A DNA stretch of 64,000 nt from positions 10,219 through 74,218 of the forward strand of contig JARKUF010000019.1 of NCBI GenBank assembly GCA_029974015.1, read 5' to 3'. Below the pieces are notes generated by a model. The model worked only from the letters and a program-made list of their open reading frames with translations. It had not been told where the DNA came from and did not search any database. Both the position numbers and the translations under genes were made by a program. Of this stretch, positions 42,596 to 52,551 are shown piece by piece (positions within the stretch are counted from its first letter, which is position 1; every line of letters begins with the position of its first letter). This DNA comes from Spirochaetota bacterium. GTDB lineage: Bacteria > Spirochaetota > UBA4802 > JAGODF01.

Positions 42596-44170
42596 ATGAA
42601 CATCAAGTCATTCTTCCTGAGCGCTTTAACGAAAGCGCCATTTCTAATTCAGCTTAAGGCGGCCGCTTTAGTATATGTCTCTCTGGGTTTCGCCGGACTT
42701 TTCTGTTTTCTTGCCATTGCCACTCCCGTATTCAAACTCAGCACCAAACCCCTTGCGTCTGTCATGGCATACATCGTTGCAATCACAGTTTTCATCGCCG
42801 TGCTTATAATTCTAAAGAGGGGATATTATTTGGTCGCAGCAAATTTTATGATAATCTTTATGACTTTACTCATTCTGGCCTACATTTTAACACAAATTGG
42901 CAACATCAGCAACTTCATGGGAATATTGCATTTTTCCTATCTGGTCACCATCCTTGCAGGGCTTTTCGCAACGAGAACTATTCTGACAGTGAGTACCGTC
43001 CTGCTCACAGCAGGGTGGATCACCTGTTATAGTCTGGGCAGCCCAATTCTCGACCCTTCCCACCAGCCCCTGGCCTGGAAAACAATTATATATTTCATTA
43101 TCATGCTTGTTCTGGTGTACTTTGCGTGTATTGCCATCATATCTATCTCCAACATGGCCCTTGCAAAGACGGAAATGGAATCCGGGGAAAACAAAAAACA
43201 CCGTGATGTCCTGGAAAAAATTTTAAATTCAGTTAAACAAATTTCCGGGAGCCTGGGCGAAGCAACGGCGAAATTGTCATCAACGGCAATGCAGTTTTCG
43301 AGCAACGCCCAGGGCCAGGCCTCATCTATTGAAGAGATTACCGCTTCAATGGAAGAGTTGTCCGCCGGAATCGACGGCATATCGGAGAATGCCGACTCTC
43401 AAAACAGCGATGTCCTGTCTCTCACCGAGAAATCCGCACAGTTCAGCCGGGCCATTACCGCCATAAAAAAAGAGATCGAGTCGATGATAATCAGCGTGGA
43501 AAAAATCATGGGGTTTGCCAGGGAGGGCAACCAGAACCTGGAGAACATGAAAACAGGCATGCAGAAAATTCAGCGGAGTTCAGACGAGATGACTGGCATC
43601 ATAAACATAATTAACGATATATCCGACAAAATCAACCTTCTATCACTAAACGCGGCCATTGAAGCGGCCCGGGCCGGCGAGGCAGGCCGGGGTTTCGCAG
43701 TCGTGGCCGATGAGATTTCGAAACTCGCGGACCAGACATCCCATAGCGTGAAGAGCATAAGCACCATCATCTCCGCCAATGAAAAGGAGATCGCCAACGG
43801 GAGCGCCAACGTAGACAAGACTGTCGACAGCATCAGCAGGATCATTGAAGGCGTCAGTGAAAACTTCAAATCAATGGAAGGCATAGCTTTGCAGATGGAA
43901 AGCCGCCTGCGGGCAAACGAGGAAATCAACGTCCACATGGGCGCGCTGAAAACCAAGTCGGAGGAGATAAAAATGGCGACAGGCGAACACAGGATTGCGA
44001 TAAATGAAGTGGTATCGACGCTATCGAGCATTAACGACATCACTCAGGCGAACTCGGCCGGGGCCGAGCAAACATACGAAAGCATACGGGAGCTCACTTC
44101 CATGTCGGGCTCGCTGAATGAATTGATCAACGCTTCCGATGAAATCGGCCCCGCAGACCCCTCCGCATAA
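42596..44170 (+). CDS. Methyl-accepting chemotaxis protein
   Basis: The N-terminus is multi-TM. The C-terminal signalling domain carries the highly conserved segment [35 protein letters not shown]. Confidence 0.92.
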   Translation: MNIKSFFLSALTKAPFLIQLKAAALVYVSLGFAGLFCFLAIATPVFKLSTKPLASVMAYIVAITVFIAVLIILKRGYYLVAANFMIIFMTLLILAYILTQIGNISNFMGILHFSYLVTILAGLFATRTILTVSTVLLTAGWITCYSLGSPILDPSHQPLAWKTIIYFIIMLVLVYFACIAIISISNMALAKTEMESGENKKHRDVLEKILNSVKQISGSLGEATAKLSSTAMQFSSNAQGQASSIEEITASMEELSAGIDGISENADSQNSDVLSLTEKSAQFSRAITAIKKEIESMIISVEKIMGFAREGNQNLENMKTGMQKIQRSSDEMTGIINIINDISDKINLLSLNAAIEAARAGEAGRGFAVVADEISKLADQTSHSVKSISTIISANEKEIANGSANVDKTVDSISRIIEGVSENFKSMEGIALQMESRLRANEEINVHMGALKTKSEEIKMATGEHRIAINEVVSTLSSINDITQANSAGAEQTYESIRELTSMSGSLNELINASDEIGPADPSA

Positions 44171-44182
44171 ACATCGAGAAAA

Positions 44183-44201
44183 GGGCCCGGCTTCCGGGCC
44201 C
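44183..44201. terminator. GC hairpin between convergent MCP and acyl-CoA ligase genes
   Basis: GGGCCCGG-ctt-CCGGGCCC is present, with no clear U-tract. Confidence 0.4.
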
Positions 44202-44213
44202 GCTCCCGCTCAA

Positions 44214-45773
44214 TCAACCAGGGGATTCCATTTCACGAAGTTTTTTCTTCATGATTTTACCCAGGATACTTTTTGGCAGATCATCCAGGAATTGGAACTC
44301 GGCCGGGATCTTGAAATCGGCGATCTTACCCTTTAAGAAAGCTTTCATTTCATCTCCGGTGACCGATCCCGCCGTATGAAGGCTGATATAGGCTTTTGGC
44401 ACCTCCCCATAATGTTTGTGGGGTATCCCGATTACACTGGCCTCCCGAACAGCGGGGTGCGTGTAGAGGCATTCTTCGATTTCCCGGGGATATATGTTTT
44501 CCCCGCCGCGGATTATCATGTCGGTTTTCCGATCAACGATGAAGAAATAGCCGTCTTCGTCCATGTAGCCCATGTCCGAAGTGTGAAGATAGCCGCCCTT
44601 GAGCGATTCCCGCGTAGCGGGTTCATTGTTGTAGTATCCCGTCATGTTGACATCGCCCTTAACGCAGATTTCCCCATACTCACCGCGCGGGAGCTCATTG
44701 TTGTCCTCATCGAGAATGCGGACGTCCTGCCCGAGTATGGCCGTCCCGATTGAGCGGACTTTGTTTTTTCCCGGAGGATTGAGCGTCACCAGTCCGGTCG
44801 CCTCGGTGAGGCCGTAACCCTCGACTATGTGCACTTTGAAGTCTTTCTGAAAATTCACCAGAAGCTCCTCCGGCATTGGGGCGGTGCCGCAGAAGCAGTA
44901 CTTGAGCACACTGCCCGAGAGGTCCAGGCTCTTAGGGTCGACGGAGCTGTGGATAAAGCTGTACATCGTGGGTACCGCCATGACATGCGTTACACGATAA
45001 TCGAGTATAGTGGGCCAAAACTCCGTCACAGAAAAATTGCGGCGAAGGACAATGGATGCCCCATAGTACAGGCTTGGAATCGACAGACAGCATATCGGGT
45101 TTATGTGGAAAAGCGGCAGGAGTATCAAAACACGGGTGTTTTCGGGGAAGGTCATTCGGTCATATATGGCCCGCGCCACTGCAATCATGGCCCTGTGAGA
45201 TATCATGGCCCCTTTGGGGCGGCCGGTTGTCCCGGAGCTGTAAAACAGGCCGGCAAAATCGTTTTCGTTTCCTTCCCAGTCCGGCTCACTATCATCGCCC
45301 TCGGCCAGGACCTTTGCCAGGGAAATTTCCCCAAGCTGCGGGGCGGCCTCCATGCTCCCAGTATCTTCAATGATTCTTGGACGGTGCTCGGTCATGGTAA
45401 GGGCGTCTTTGACAATCTGGTTAAAAAATGCATTCACAAACATGACGGACGGTTTGGAATCTTCGATGAGGTGGGCCACTTCCGGGGCCTGCCACAGCAT
45501 GCTCACCGTTCCGGCCGCCGCACCGGCCTTCTGTGCGCCGAAAAAAGAGTAATAAAAATCGGGAGCGTTCCCCGTAAGGATTGAAACACGGTCTCCTTTT
45601 TTAACCCCCATGGCTTTTAAAGTATTGGCGATCCTGTTTGAGCTCTGATTGAGTTGCCGATACGTTATTTCTTCATCGTAAAAATAAATCGCGATGGAAT
45701 CGCCGATGGAAGAGGCATTACCCCTGAGCATTTCCACCGTGGTCGTATAATTCGCCTCTGCTTTCCCGCTCAT
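44214..45773 (-). CDS. AMP-dependent acyl-CoA synthetase/ligase (long-chain fatty acid type)
   Basis: The AMP-binding signature is LFYSSGTTGRPKGAM. Also present are GYGLTE, the DRKTDMIIRGGENIYPREIE motif and a C-terminal GKIMKKKL. Confidence 0.9.
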   Translation of the reverse strand: MSGKAEANYTTTVEMLRGNASSIGDSIAIYFYDEEITYRQLNQSSNRIANTLKAMGVKKGDRVSILTGNAPDFYYSFFGAQKAGAAAGTVSMLWQAPEVAHLIEDSKPSVMFVNAFFNQIVKDALTMTEHRPRIIEDTGSMEAAPQLGEISLAKVLAEGDDSEPDWEGNENDFAGLFYSSGTTGRPKGAMISHRAMIAVARAIYDRMTFPENTRVLILLPLFHINPICCLSIPSLYYGASIVLRRNFSVTEFWPTILDYRVTHVMAVPTMYSFIHSSVDPKSLDLSGSVLKYCFCGTAPMPEELLVNFQKDFKVHIVEGYGLTEATGLVTLNPPGKNKVRSIGTAILGQDVRILDEDNNELPRGEYGEICVKGDVNMTGYYNNEPATRESLKGGYLHTSDMGYMDEDGYFFIVDRKTDMIIRGGENIYPREIEECLYTHPAVREASVIGIPHKHYGEVPKAYISLHTAGSVTGDEMKAFLKGKIADFKIPAEFQFLDDLPKSILGKIMKKKLREMESPG

Positions 45774-45972
45774 ACCTCCTCCTTTTTTTGGAGTTCGACT
45801 TTTTAAACTTCCGCCTATTTTAAAACATTATTCTGAAAAGTCAATACAATTATGAGCAATCACTCATTCTTTCAAAAAAATGGGATGGGCCTTTGTATGT
45901 GAGAGGAAAGCTCCAAAAAAAACCGGACAAGCATTCGTCGCCTCCCCGTGCCTGCCTCTCCGGCAAATACGC

Positions 45973-46000
45973 TTGACACCGCCGCGGCGGGGACAATAAT
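45973..46000 (+). promoter_or_regulatory. Candidate promoter placing the CDF transporter ATG at about the transcription start (leaderless)
   Basis: TTGACA (45973-45978) is followed by 16 nt and AATAAT (45995-46000). The ATG at 46007 begins 7 nt after the -10. No SD-like sequence lies between them. Confidence 0.3.
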
Positions 46001-46006
46001 CATCGG

Positions 46007-46912
46007 ATGGGATACTTCACCGCGCACGAAAAAATCTATGCCGCAGTCGCATCCGTGGCGGCGGCGGTGTTTCTCACCGCGCTAAAAATCGTGGTGGGGG
46101 TTATGACGGGGAGCCTCGGAATCATGGCCGAGGCGGCCCATTCGGCACTGGACTTAGCCTCCGCTCTTATGACCCTCGCGGCAGTGAAAATCTCGGACCG
46201 GCCCGCCGACTCCGAGCACCCCTATGGGCATGGAAAGGTGGAAAACCTTTCGGCCCTCTTCGAGACGCTCCTTCTCCTGGGGACCTGCGTATGGATTTTA
46301 TGGGAAGCGGTTGACCGCCTCATCTTCACCCATGTCCGGGTGGAAGCCTCCCCCTGGGCCTTCCTGGTGATGATCATCTCCATCGCCGTAGACTATTCCC
46401 GCTCAAGGCACCTTTCCAAAACGGCGGAAAAATTCAACAGCCAGGCCCTCGAAGCGAACGCCCTGCACTTCCGCACCGATATTTTAAGCTCCGCGGTGGT
46501 GATATTAGGCCTTGTGTGCGTAAAAATTGGCGACGCTTTCCCTTCACTCGCGTTTCTTCACGACGCCGACGCCGCGGCGGCTTTCGGAGTCGCTTTCATT
46601 GTCATCATCGTGAGCTTAAAACTGGGACTCAGGGCGGTCCATGCCCTCATCGACACTGCCCCGGCCGGAATGGCGGCGAAAATCAAACGGGAAGTTGGAA
46701 GGATTGACGGAGTCCTCGATTGCTATAAAATCCGCGTGCGAAACTCCGGGGCCGATGTCTTCATCGACGTGCACGTCCACATGGACGGGAAGATGTCCCT
46801 CAATCGGGCCCATGATATCACCGAAGAAATTGAGAGGACGATACGGGAAACCGTATCGCGGGCCGATGTAACGGTCCATCCGGAGCCGTATCACAAAAAG
46901 AAAGATACATGA
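46007..46912 (+). CDS. Cation diffusion facilitator family transporter
   Basis: The protein has six TM segments with HSALD and a HFRTD-type motif, plus a C-terminal cytoplasmic domain typical of CDF transporters (FieF/CzcD-like). Confidence 0.9.
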   Translation: MGYFTAHEKIYAAVASVAAAVFLTALKIVVGVMTGSLGIMAEAAHSALDLASALMTLAAVKISDRPADSEHPYGHGKVENLSALFETLLLLGTCVWILWEAVDRLIFTHVRVEASPWAFLVMIISIAVDYSRSRHLSKTAEKFNSQALEANALHFRTDILSSAVVILGLVCVKIGDAFPSLAFLHDADAAAAFGVAFIVIIVSLKLGLRAVHALIDTAPAGMAAKIKREVGRIDGVLDCYKIRVRNSGADVFIDVHVHMDGKMSLNRAHDITEEIERTIRETVSRADVTVHPEPYHKKKDT

Positions 46913-46939
46913 CGGCCGGCGAACCGGGGCCACGCTGCC

Positions 46940-47929
46940 TTAAACGAAGATGATCACGATCCGGTACGCCGCCGCCGAAATCAGGGCGGCGCAGGGAATG
47001 GTGAGCACCCAGGCCCAGATGATGTTTCCTGCGACACCCCAGCGTACGGCCGTGAGCCGACGAAGGGCCCCGACTCCCATGATGGAGCCCGTGATGGTAT
47101 GGGTGGTGCTCACGGGGGCCCCAAGCCAGGTGGCAAAGAATATAGAGATGGCGGAACTCGTTTCGGCGCAGAACCCGTCCACGGGGCGAAGTTTGGTAAC
47201 CTTCTGTCCCATGGTCTTCACGATCCTCCATCCCCCGAACATGGTCCCCAGGGCGATGGCGCCATAACATGAAAGGGCCACCCACATCGGCACGTAAAAC
47301 TCTCCTCCCAGGTATCCCGAGCTGAAGAGCAATCCCGTAATGATACCCATCGTTTTCTGCGCGTCATTGCCTCCGTGCCCCAGGCTGTAGAGGGCGGCCG
47401 AAAGAAGCTGGCCTTTTCGGAAGATGTGGTCCACCTGCCGCGGGGCGGAACGCCGGAACAGCCAGTACACGACGGTCCCCAGGCCGAGTCCCAGGAACAA
47501 TCCCAAAACCGGGGATATGACGATGAAAGCGATCGTCTTTATTATTCCCCCCCAGACCATGGAACCGGTCCCGGCCTTGACCATAGCGGCCCCGATGAGC
47601 CCTCCCATGAGTGCATGGGAGGACGATGTGGGAAGCCCCAGGTACCAGGTGAAGATGTTCCAGAGGCAGGCCCCAACGAGGGTGGCAAAAATCACGTTGG
47701 GCCCCATGACCTTGATGTCGATGATACCGCGACCGATGGTCCCGGCAACATGGTGATTAAAAAAAAGGAAAGCCGCAAAATTAAAAAAGGCGGCCCAGAT
47801 CACCGCGTATTTCGGGGATAACACCCTGGTGGAGACGATAGTGGCGATGGAGTTTGCAGAATCATGGAAACCGTTAAGAAAATCGAAAAAGAGCGCCAGG
47901 GCAATCAAGAGTACGATATGGTTTCCCAT
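46940..47929 (-). CDS. Inorganic phosphate transporter, PiT family
   Basis: The duplicated signature GFHDSANSIAT / GGNDAQKTMG is present on a polytopic protein. Confidence 0.92.
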   Translation of the reverse strand: MGNHIVLLIALALFFDFLNGFHDSANSIATIVSTRVLSPKYAVIWAAFFNFAAFLFFNHHVAGTIGRGIIDIKVMGPNVIFATLVGACLWNIFTWYLGLPTSSSHALMGGLIGAAMVKAGTGSMVWGGIIKTIAFIVISPVLGLFLGLGLGTVVYWLFRRSAPRQVDHIFRKGQLLSAALYSLGHGGNDAQKTMGIITGLLFSSGYLGGEFYVPMWVALSCYGAIALGTMFGGWRIVKTMGQKVTKLRPVDGFCAETSSAISIFFATWLGAPVSTTHTITGSIMGVGALRRLTAVRWGVAGNIIWAWVLTIPCAALISAAAYRIVIIFV

Positions 47930-47930
47930 G

Positions 47931-48554
47931 CTACCCCTGCTTAACCATGACCGATTCGATGATGTTCACCACGTCCTCGCACTGGTCGAGGACGGTTTCG
48001 GCGTCGGTGTACACGTCCTTCCACTTGATGACCTTGATGGGGTCCTTCGTTTTTTTGAAAAGTTTGGCCAGGACAAAATCACGGAGTTGGTCTCCGGCAT
48101 TTTCAAGCCGGTTGACTTCTATGCAGTATTTCATCATCTCGTCCTTCATCTTCGAATGACGCATGCATCTGATGGCCCCGGCGACGTTTCCGGCGGATTC
48201 CTCTATCAGCCTGGCAAACTGTAACATATCATCGTTGGATTTCAGGTTGTAGAGGTTCATCCGCTTGGTAATGCTGTAAATCAGGTCCACCACATTGTCC
48301 ATTTCCTGGGCAATATTGTGGATGTCTTCTCGGTCGAAGGGGGTAATAAAGGTCCGGTTCAACTTGTCGATGATGTCGTGGGTCAGGTCGTCGCAATCGT
48401 GCTCCAGGTCCGACATCTCCCGGACCGTAACATCGTTAAACCTGTTTTCCACTACGATTTTCAAGAAAAGCTGAGCTGCCTGGACTATTTTTTTCGCCTG
48501 CTCATCGAACAGGTCAAAAAATTTGATTTCCCTCGGTATGAAACTGAAAGCCAT
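47931..48554 (-). CDS. DUF47 (TIGR00153) PhoU-like protein associated with PiT
   Basis: The 207-aa helical protein is typical of the Pit accessory protein. It lies directly upstream of the PiT gene on the same strand. Confidence 0.85.
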   Translation of the reverse strand: MAFSFIPREIKFFDLFDEQAKKIVQAAQLFLKIVVENRFNDVTVREMSDLEHDCDDLTHDIIDKLNRTFITPFDREDIHNIAQEMDNVVDLIYSITKRMNLYNLKSNDDMLQFARLIEESAGNVAGAIRCMRHSKMKDEMMKYCIEVNRLENAGDQLRDFVLAKLFKKTKDPIKVIKWKDVYTDAETVLDQCEDVVNIIESVMVKQG

Positions 48555-48573
48555 AATGACCTCTCGATGGCGG

Positions 48574-48604
48574 GAAAAGAAAAAATGAGACCGCCGGGGC
48601 GGTC
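48574..48604 (-). terminator. Intrinsic-terminator-like hairpin immediately upstream of the DUF47-PiT RBS
   Basis: The minus strand reads GACCGC-cccg-GCGGTC followed by TCATTTTTTCTTTTC. GAGAGG and the ATG at 48554 lie about 20 nt further downstream. Confidence 0.5.
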
Positions 48605-48806
48605 ACTTCGATGCGCGCGGCATTCCTTCGCCTCTTCAACGCGTAATTCCATACAACGGACTTTCTGTCAAGAAATATATGGGGGGCGGAAATCCCGTCT
48701 CCGTGTCTATTTCCCAATGACCACCCTTTTTTCACTCACTATGATGGCGTCTCGGGCGCGTCACGAGGAGGAAACAATACTTGGCGACACATTGCGGCGA
48801 GGGCGG

Positions 48807-49442
48807 TCATTCCCCCAGATAGTTGTCGTTCTCCCAGCGCCCCGACATGACCCGGCCGCTGCTGTCCCGATAGGCGCCCCGTCCGTGGAAGTTGTCGTTT
48901 TTCCATTCGCCGGAATAGGAGCTTCCATTGGCCCATCGGTAAGTACCGATGCCGTTTTTCTTGCCGCTTTTATACTCCCCCGTATATTTGTCCCCTGCGA
49001 ACCGGGACCTGGGGCCGAAAGTGTACACCCCCTTTCCGTGCATCACGTCGTTTTCCCATTCCCCTTCGTAGCGGTCTCCGGCGGAAGGGGAATTCGGCCC
49101 GAAAATGTACGTCCCCCGGCCATGCATCCTGTCGTTTTGCCATTCCCCTTCGTAGGAATCCCCATTGGCCAGGCGGGCAACTCCTTTCCCATGCGGGACC
49201 CCGTTTGCGAAATAACCGGTGTAGCTGCTGCCGTTCGGCTGAAGGAAAGTCCCCTTTCCGTTCACGCAGTTTCCCTCTACGCATTTCCCGGCGTATCCAG
49301 GCACAGTGCGCCCTCCCGCCGGCGCCTCCACATCGTAGGCAGCATTGTCCCCGGTTTTGCCCTCAGGGGATCGGGAGCATGTTGGAAGGGCGGAGAGGAA
49401 AAGGACGATTGGTAAAAGGACCGCGTGGGAGTTGTGTTTCAT
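48807..49442 (-). CDS. MORN-repeat protein with N-terminal signal/lipoprotein-like peptide
   Basis: MORN units are repeated (YEGEWQNDRMHGRGTY, YEGEWENDVMHGKGVY, YSGEWKNDNFHGRGAY). I set the start at MKHNSHAVLLPIVLFLSALPTC. Confidence 0.8.
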   Translation of the reverse strand: MKHNSHAVLLPIVLFLSALPTCSRSPEGKTGDNAAYDVEAPAGGRTVPGYAGKCVEGNCVNGKGTFLQPNGSSYTGYFANGVPHGKGVARLANGDSYEGEWQNDRMHGRGTYIFGPNSPSAGDRYEGEWENDVMHGKGVYTFGPRSRFAGDKYTGEYKSGKKNGIGTYRWANGSSYSGEWKNDNFHGRGAYRDSSGRVMSGRWENDNYLGE

Positions 49443-49607
49443 AATCTTATAGCATCCTGAAAGTATTCTTAAGAAGCACGAGGACCTCATCATGCGCGGC
49501 TTTAAGCTTCGTCTTCGTCGAAATACATTTTCCGTGTTACAAAGACCGCACAGTATTTAAAGGATATTCTTGCTCTGCCATTTGATTGCCATGAAAAAAA
49601 GTTTCCG

Positions 49608-51449
49608 TCAACCAGAATTTCCTGCACCGCCCCCGCCTTCCCCTCCGCGAAAAAAGGCATACACTGCACGGGCAGTTTCCTCGCCGATACCCGGGGCCTC
49701 GGACAGCTCCCGAAGCCCCGCCTCCCGGATGCGCTCCACGGACTTGAAATGCCGGAAAAGTTCCCGGCGCTTCGTTTCCCCGATTCCCGGAATGCCGTCC
49801 AGGAGGGAGAGCACTGCACCGCGGCCACGGAGGTTTCTGTGATAAGCCACGGCGAAGCGGTGCGCCTCGTCCCTGATCTGCTTCAGTATTTTAAGTCCCG
49901 GCGAACCGTCGGGAAGCCGAAGGGGCGGCCCCTCCGGGGAAAGGTATATCTCTTCGAAGCGCTTGGCCAGAGAAACGATGGGCACCTCCACCCCGAGGGC
50001 CGCCGCCGCCTCCCGGGCGCGTGAAAGCTGGGCGCTGCCTCCGTCGACAACCAGCAAATCCGGCATATCGGCGTTCTCATTGAGGCAATGCTGGAGGCGG
50101 CGCCCCACAGCTTCGTGGATCATCCCCGGGTCATTGGACTCTTCGTATCCTCTGATGCGGTAGCGGCGGTACTGGGACCTGTCTGGGGCGCCGGCGCGGA
50201 ATTGGACCATGGAAGCGACGGCGTGACGCCCGCGTATATTGGAAATGTCGAAGCATTCCATAAGCTCGGGGCGGGCCGCAAGCCCCAGGACTTCCTTAAG
50301 CTCCTCAAGCCCCCGCTCCCGGTCCTCCGAGGCCGCGGCGCTTCGCCGCTCCGCGGCGATGACGTCGAGGTTTCGCGCGATGAGGGAAAGGACGGCCCTG
50401 TCGTCCCGGGTCTTTGCCCGGGTTATCGAAACCTTCCGGCACGACCGGGATTCCAGGTACTCTTCCAGGAGGGCCGCGTCGTCCACCGCCGCCGAGGTGA
50501 CCACGCGGGACGGCGCCTCGGCCCTGCCATAGTGCTCCATTAGGAAAAGGCGGAGTATCTCTCCGCTGTCGGCGTACTCCACATTATCGAAGACGCGGAT
50601 AATCTTTCCCAGCATGATGCCCTTTCGAAACTCGAAGAGGAGCACCAGTGCTTCGCCATGGCGAAGCGCGACGGCCACATAGTCTCGGTCACCCAGGTCC
50701 GCCATGTCCATCCTCTGTGCCTCCGAGAGCTTTACAATGTCGCCTATCACGTCCCGGATACGCGCCGCCTTCTCGTATTCGTATTTCTCTGAATGGCCCC
50801 TCATGAGGGCCCTGAGCCCTTCCAGGACCGGGTCCACATCCCCCTCCAGGAACTTCACGGCCCCGCCCACGATTTCCCGGTACTCTTCCTTTGAAATTTC
50901 CCCGAGGCACTGGCCGTGGCACCGGCCTATCTGATAGTTGAGGCAGGGACGCTCGCCGGGCTTAAGGGGGATTTTCCTGGTGCATGTCTTCAGCTTAAAG
51001 GTTGAATTGATGAGGGAGATGAGGTGGCGCGCTCCACGGGCGTCGGTGTATGGCCCGAAGTAACGGGTCTCCCCTTCCCTGATGCGGCGCGTGAATATCA
51101 CCCTCGGATAGTCCTCGTCCAGTGTCACGGCAATGTACGGATAGCGCTTGTCGTCTTTGAGGCGGATGTTAAACCGGGGCTTGTATTTTTTGATAAGGCT
51201 GTTTTCGAGAATGAGGGCTTCAATTTCCGTCGAGGTGATTATATAATCGATGTCGTCGATGCTCTTTACGAGGGCCTTCAATTTGACGTCCCGCTCCCCT
51301 CCGGTGAAGTATGAGGAAACACGCTTTTTTAAGGATGACGCCTTCCCCACATAAATCACCGTCCCCGCTCCGTCTTTCATGAGATAGACCCCGGCGTCGG
51401 CCGGGAGCCCCTCAAGCCTGGCCGCTATTTTCGTCGACACCGCGGTCAT
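49608..51449 (-). CDS. uvrC: Excinuclease ABC subunit C
   Basis: The GIY-YIG N-terminus is PADAGVYLMKDGAGTVIYVGKASSLKKRVSSYF. A UVR domain, an endonuclease V-like domain and a C-terminal HhH2 are present. Confidence 0.96.
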   Translation of the reverse strand: MTAVSTKIAARLEGLPADAGVYLMKDGAGTVIYVGKASSLKKRVSSYFTGGERDVKLKALVKSIDDIDYIITSTEIEALILENSLIKKYKPRFNIRLKDDKRYPYIAVTLDEDYPRVIFTRRIREGETRYFGPYTDARGARHLISLINSTFKLKTCTRKIPLKPGERPCLNYQIGRCHGQCLGEISKEEYREIVGGAVKFLEGDVDPVLEGLRALMRGHSEKYEYEKAARIRDVIGDIVKLSEAQRMDMADLGDRDYVAVALRHGEALVLLFEFRKGIMLGKIIRVFDNVEYADSGEILRLFLMEHYGRAEAPSRVVTSAAVDDAALLEEYLESRSCRKVSITRAKTRDDRAVLSLIARNLDVIAAERRSAAASEDRERGLEELKEVLGLAARPELMECFDISNIRGRHAVASMVQFRAGAPDRSQYRRYRIRGYEESNDPGMIHEAVGRRLQHCLNENADMPDLLVVDGGSAQLSRAREAAAALGVEVPIVSLAKRFEEIYLSPEGPPLRLPDGSPGLKILKQIRDEAHRFAVAYHRNLRGRGAVLSLLDGIPGIGETKRRELFRHFKSVERIREAGLRELSEAPGIGEETARAVYAFFRGGEGGGGAGNSG

Positions 51450-52548
51450 AGCGCTCTTTCATCAGGCTCACCTTTTCCGCGTACTCCCGGGCCAGGGCGT
51501 GGCCCGGATTGACGGCAAGGGCTTTGTTGAACATCTCGAGGGAATCTCCATACCTGCGCATTTTCACGTAGGCAACACCAAGGTTGAAATAGCTGCCAAA
51601 GCTCTCGGGGCGCAGGAACCCCAGTGCCCTGAAAAGCGTCACGGCATCGTCGAGGCGTCCCTCCTTTAGTACCTCCACGCCGGACTTGAAAAGTTCGTCC
51701 AGGGGGTCTTTGTCCGCGTACTGTTTCTCCCTTTTCTTCAATACGCGCATCTCCTCCACGAGGCTGTTGAAGGAGGAAGCAAGCTCCTGAAGTTCGTCGC
51801 CTTCCGGAGCGGAAATATTCACCGCCAGATCGCCCCGGGAGGCCCTGGCGATGTGGGCCGAGAGCTTCGAAAGAAAAAACCTGAAATTTTGCGTAAACAA
51901 GGCCAATGCGGCAAGGACCGCCAGGGCCGCGGCGGAGTTGATAATTAAGGCATTGCGTCTAATCCTCCCCATTGACTCATCGTACTCCGCCAGCGCCGCC
52001 GAAGTCCTCCCCGCGGAAACCATGAAGCACACCACGAGGTTTTTCCGTCCAAAATTGAATGGATGATACACGTTCCTCCAGGTGAAGGCCCCTGAAGCAT
52101 GGATCCATGGGTCCGCCACGGGGACGTACACTCCCCTCTTGAGATACCGGTTGTTCCGCTCCAGGGCGACCTCGGATTTCACTTCCGCGTCCACCTCGAA
52201 GGCGGCGTTCAGGCGGATTTTTTCGATGATGCGGTGGTACTCGTCATCGGCGGTGCGCGAAAAGACCAGGACGTGGAGAAGGGACGCGTCGGCGCTGGCC
52301 GCGCGGCGAAGCCCGTCGATTACATCCGGGACGTGCCGGAACCGCCCACCCTTCAGCCGCTCCATGACCATGGCGGTCCTCTCCAGGGCCACCTCGTCTT
52401 CCCCCTTCATGAGAATGGTCCTCAGCAGTTCCGAGGTTTCAGCGGCCATGTAGCGGAATGAAAAAGCCATGAGGGCTATGAGAAACAGAAACACCGCCGC
52501 GACGGGAAGGATGAACTTTCGAGAGAGGCCCGGCTTCAAAAACTGCAT
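51412..52548 (-). CDS. Membrane protein with HAMP and TPR domains
   Basis: The protein has an N-terminal TM, a periplasmic-like segment and a second TM. A HAMP-like segment follows (ARASRGDLAVNISAPEGDELQELASSFNSLVEEM), then C-terminal TPR repeats. Its 3' end overlaps the uvrC start by 38 nt. Confidence 0.7.
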   Translation of the reverse strand: MQFLKPGLSRKFILPVAAVFLFLIALMAFSFRYMAAETSELLRTILMKGEDEVALERTAMVMERLKGGRFRHVPDVIDGLRRAASADASLLHVLVFSRTADDEYHRIIEKIRLNAAFEVDAEVKSEVALERNNRYLKRGVYVPVADPWIHASGAFTWRNVYHPFNFGRKNLVVCFMVSAGRTSAALAEYDESMGRIRRNALIINSAAALAVLAALALFTQNFRFFLSKLSAHIARASRGDLAVNISAPEGDELQELASSFNSLVEEMRVLKKREKQYADKDPLDELFKSGVEVLKEGRLDDAVTLFRALGFLRPESFGSYFNLGVAYVKMRRYGDSLEMFNKALAVNPGHALAREYAEKVSLMKERYDRGVDENSGQA

Positions 52549-52551
52549 GCC

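Noticed and set aside
48318-49415. 365-aa plus-strand ORF
   Set aside because: It is antisense to the DUF47 gene and the MORN-repeat gene, and it spans their intergenic region. It is not supported by any motif.
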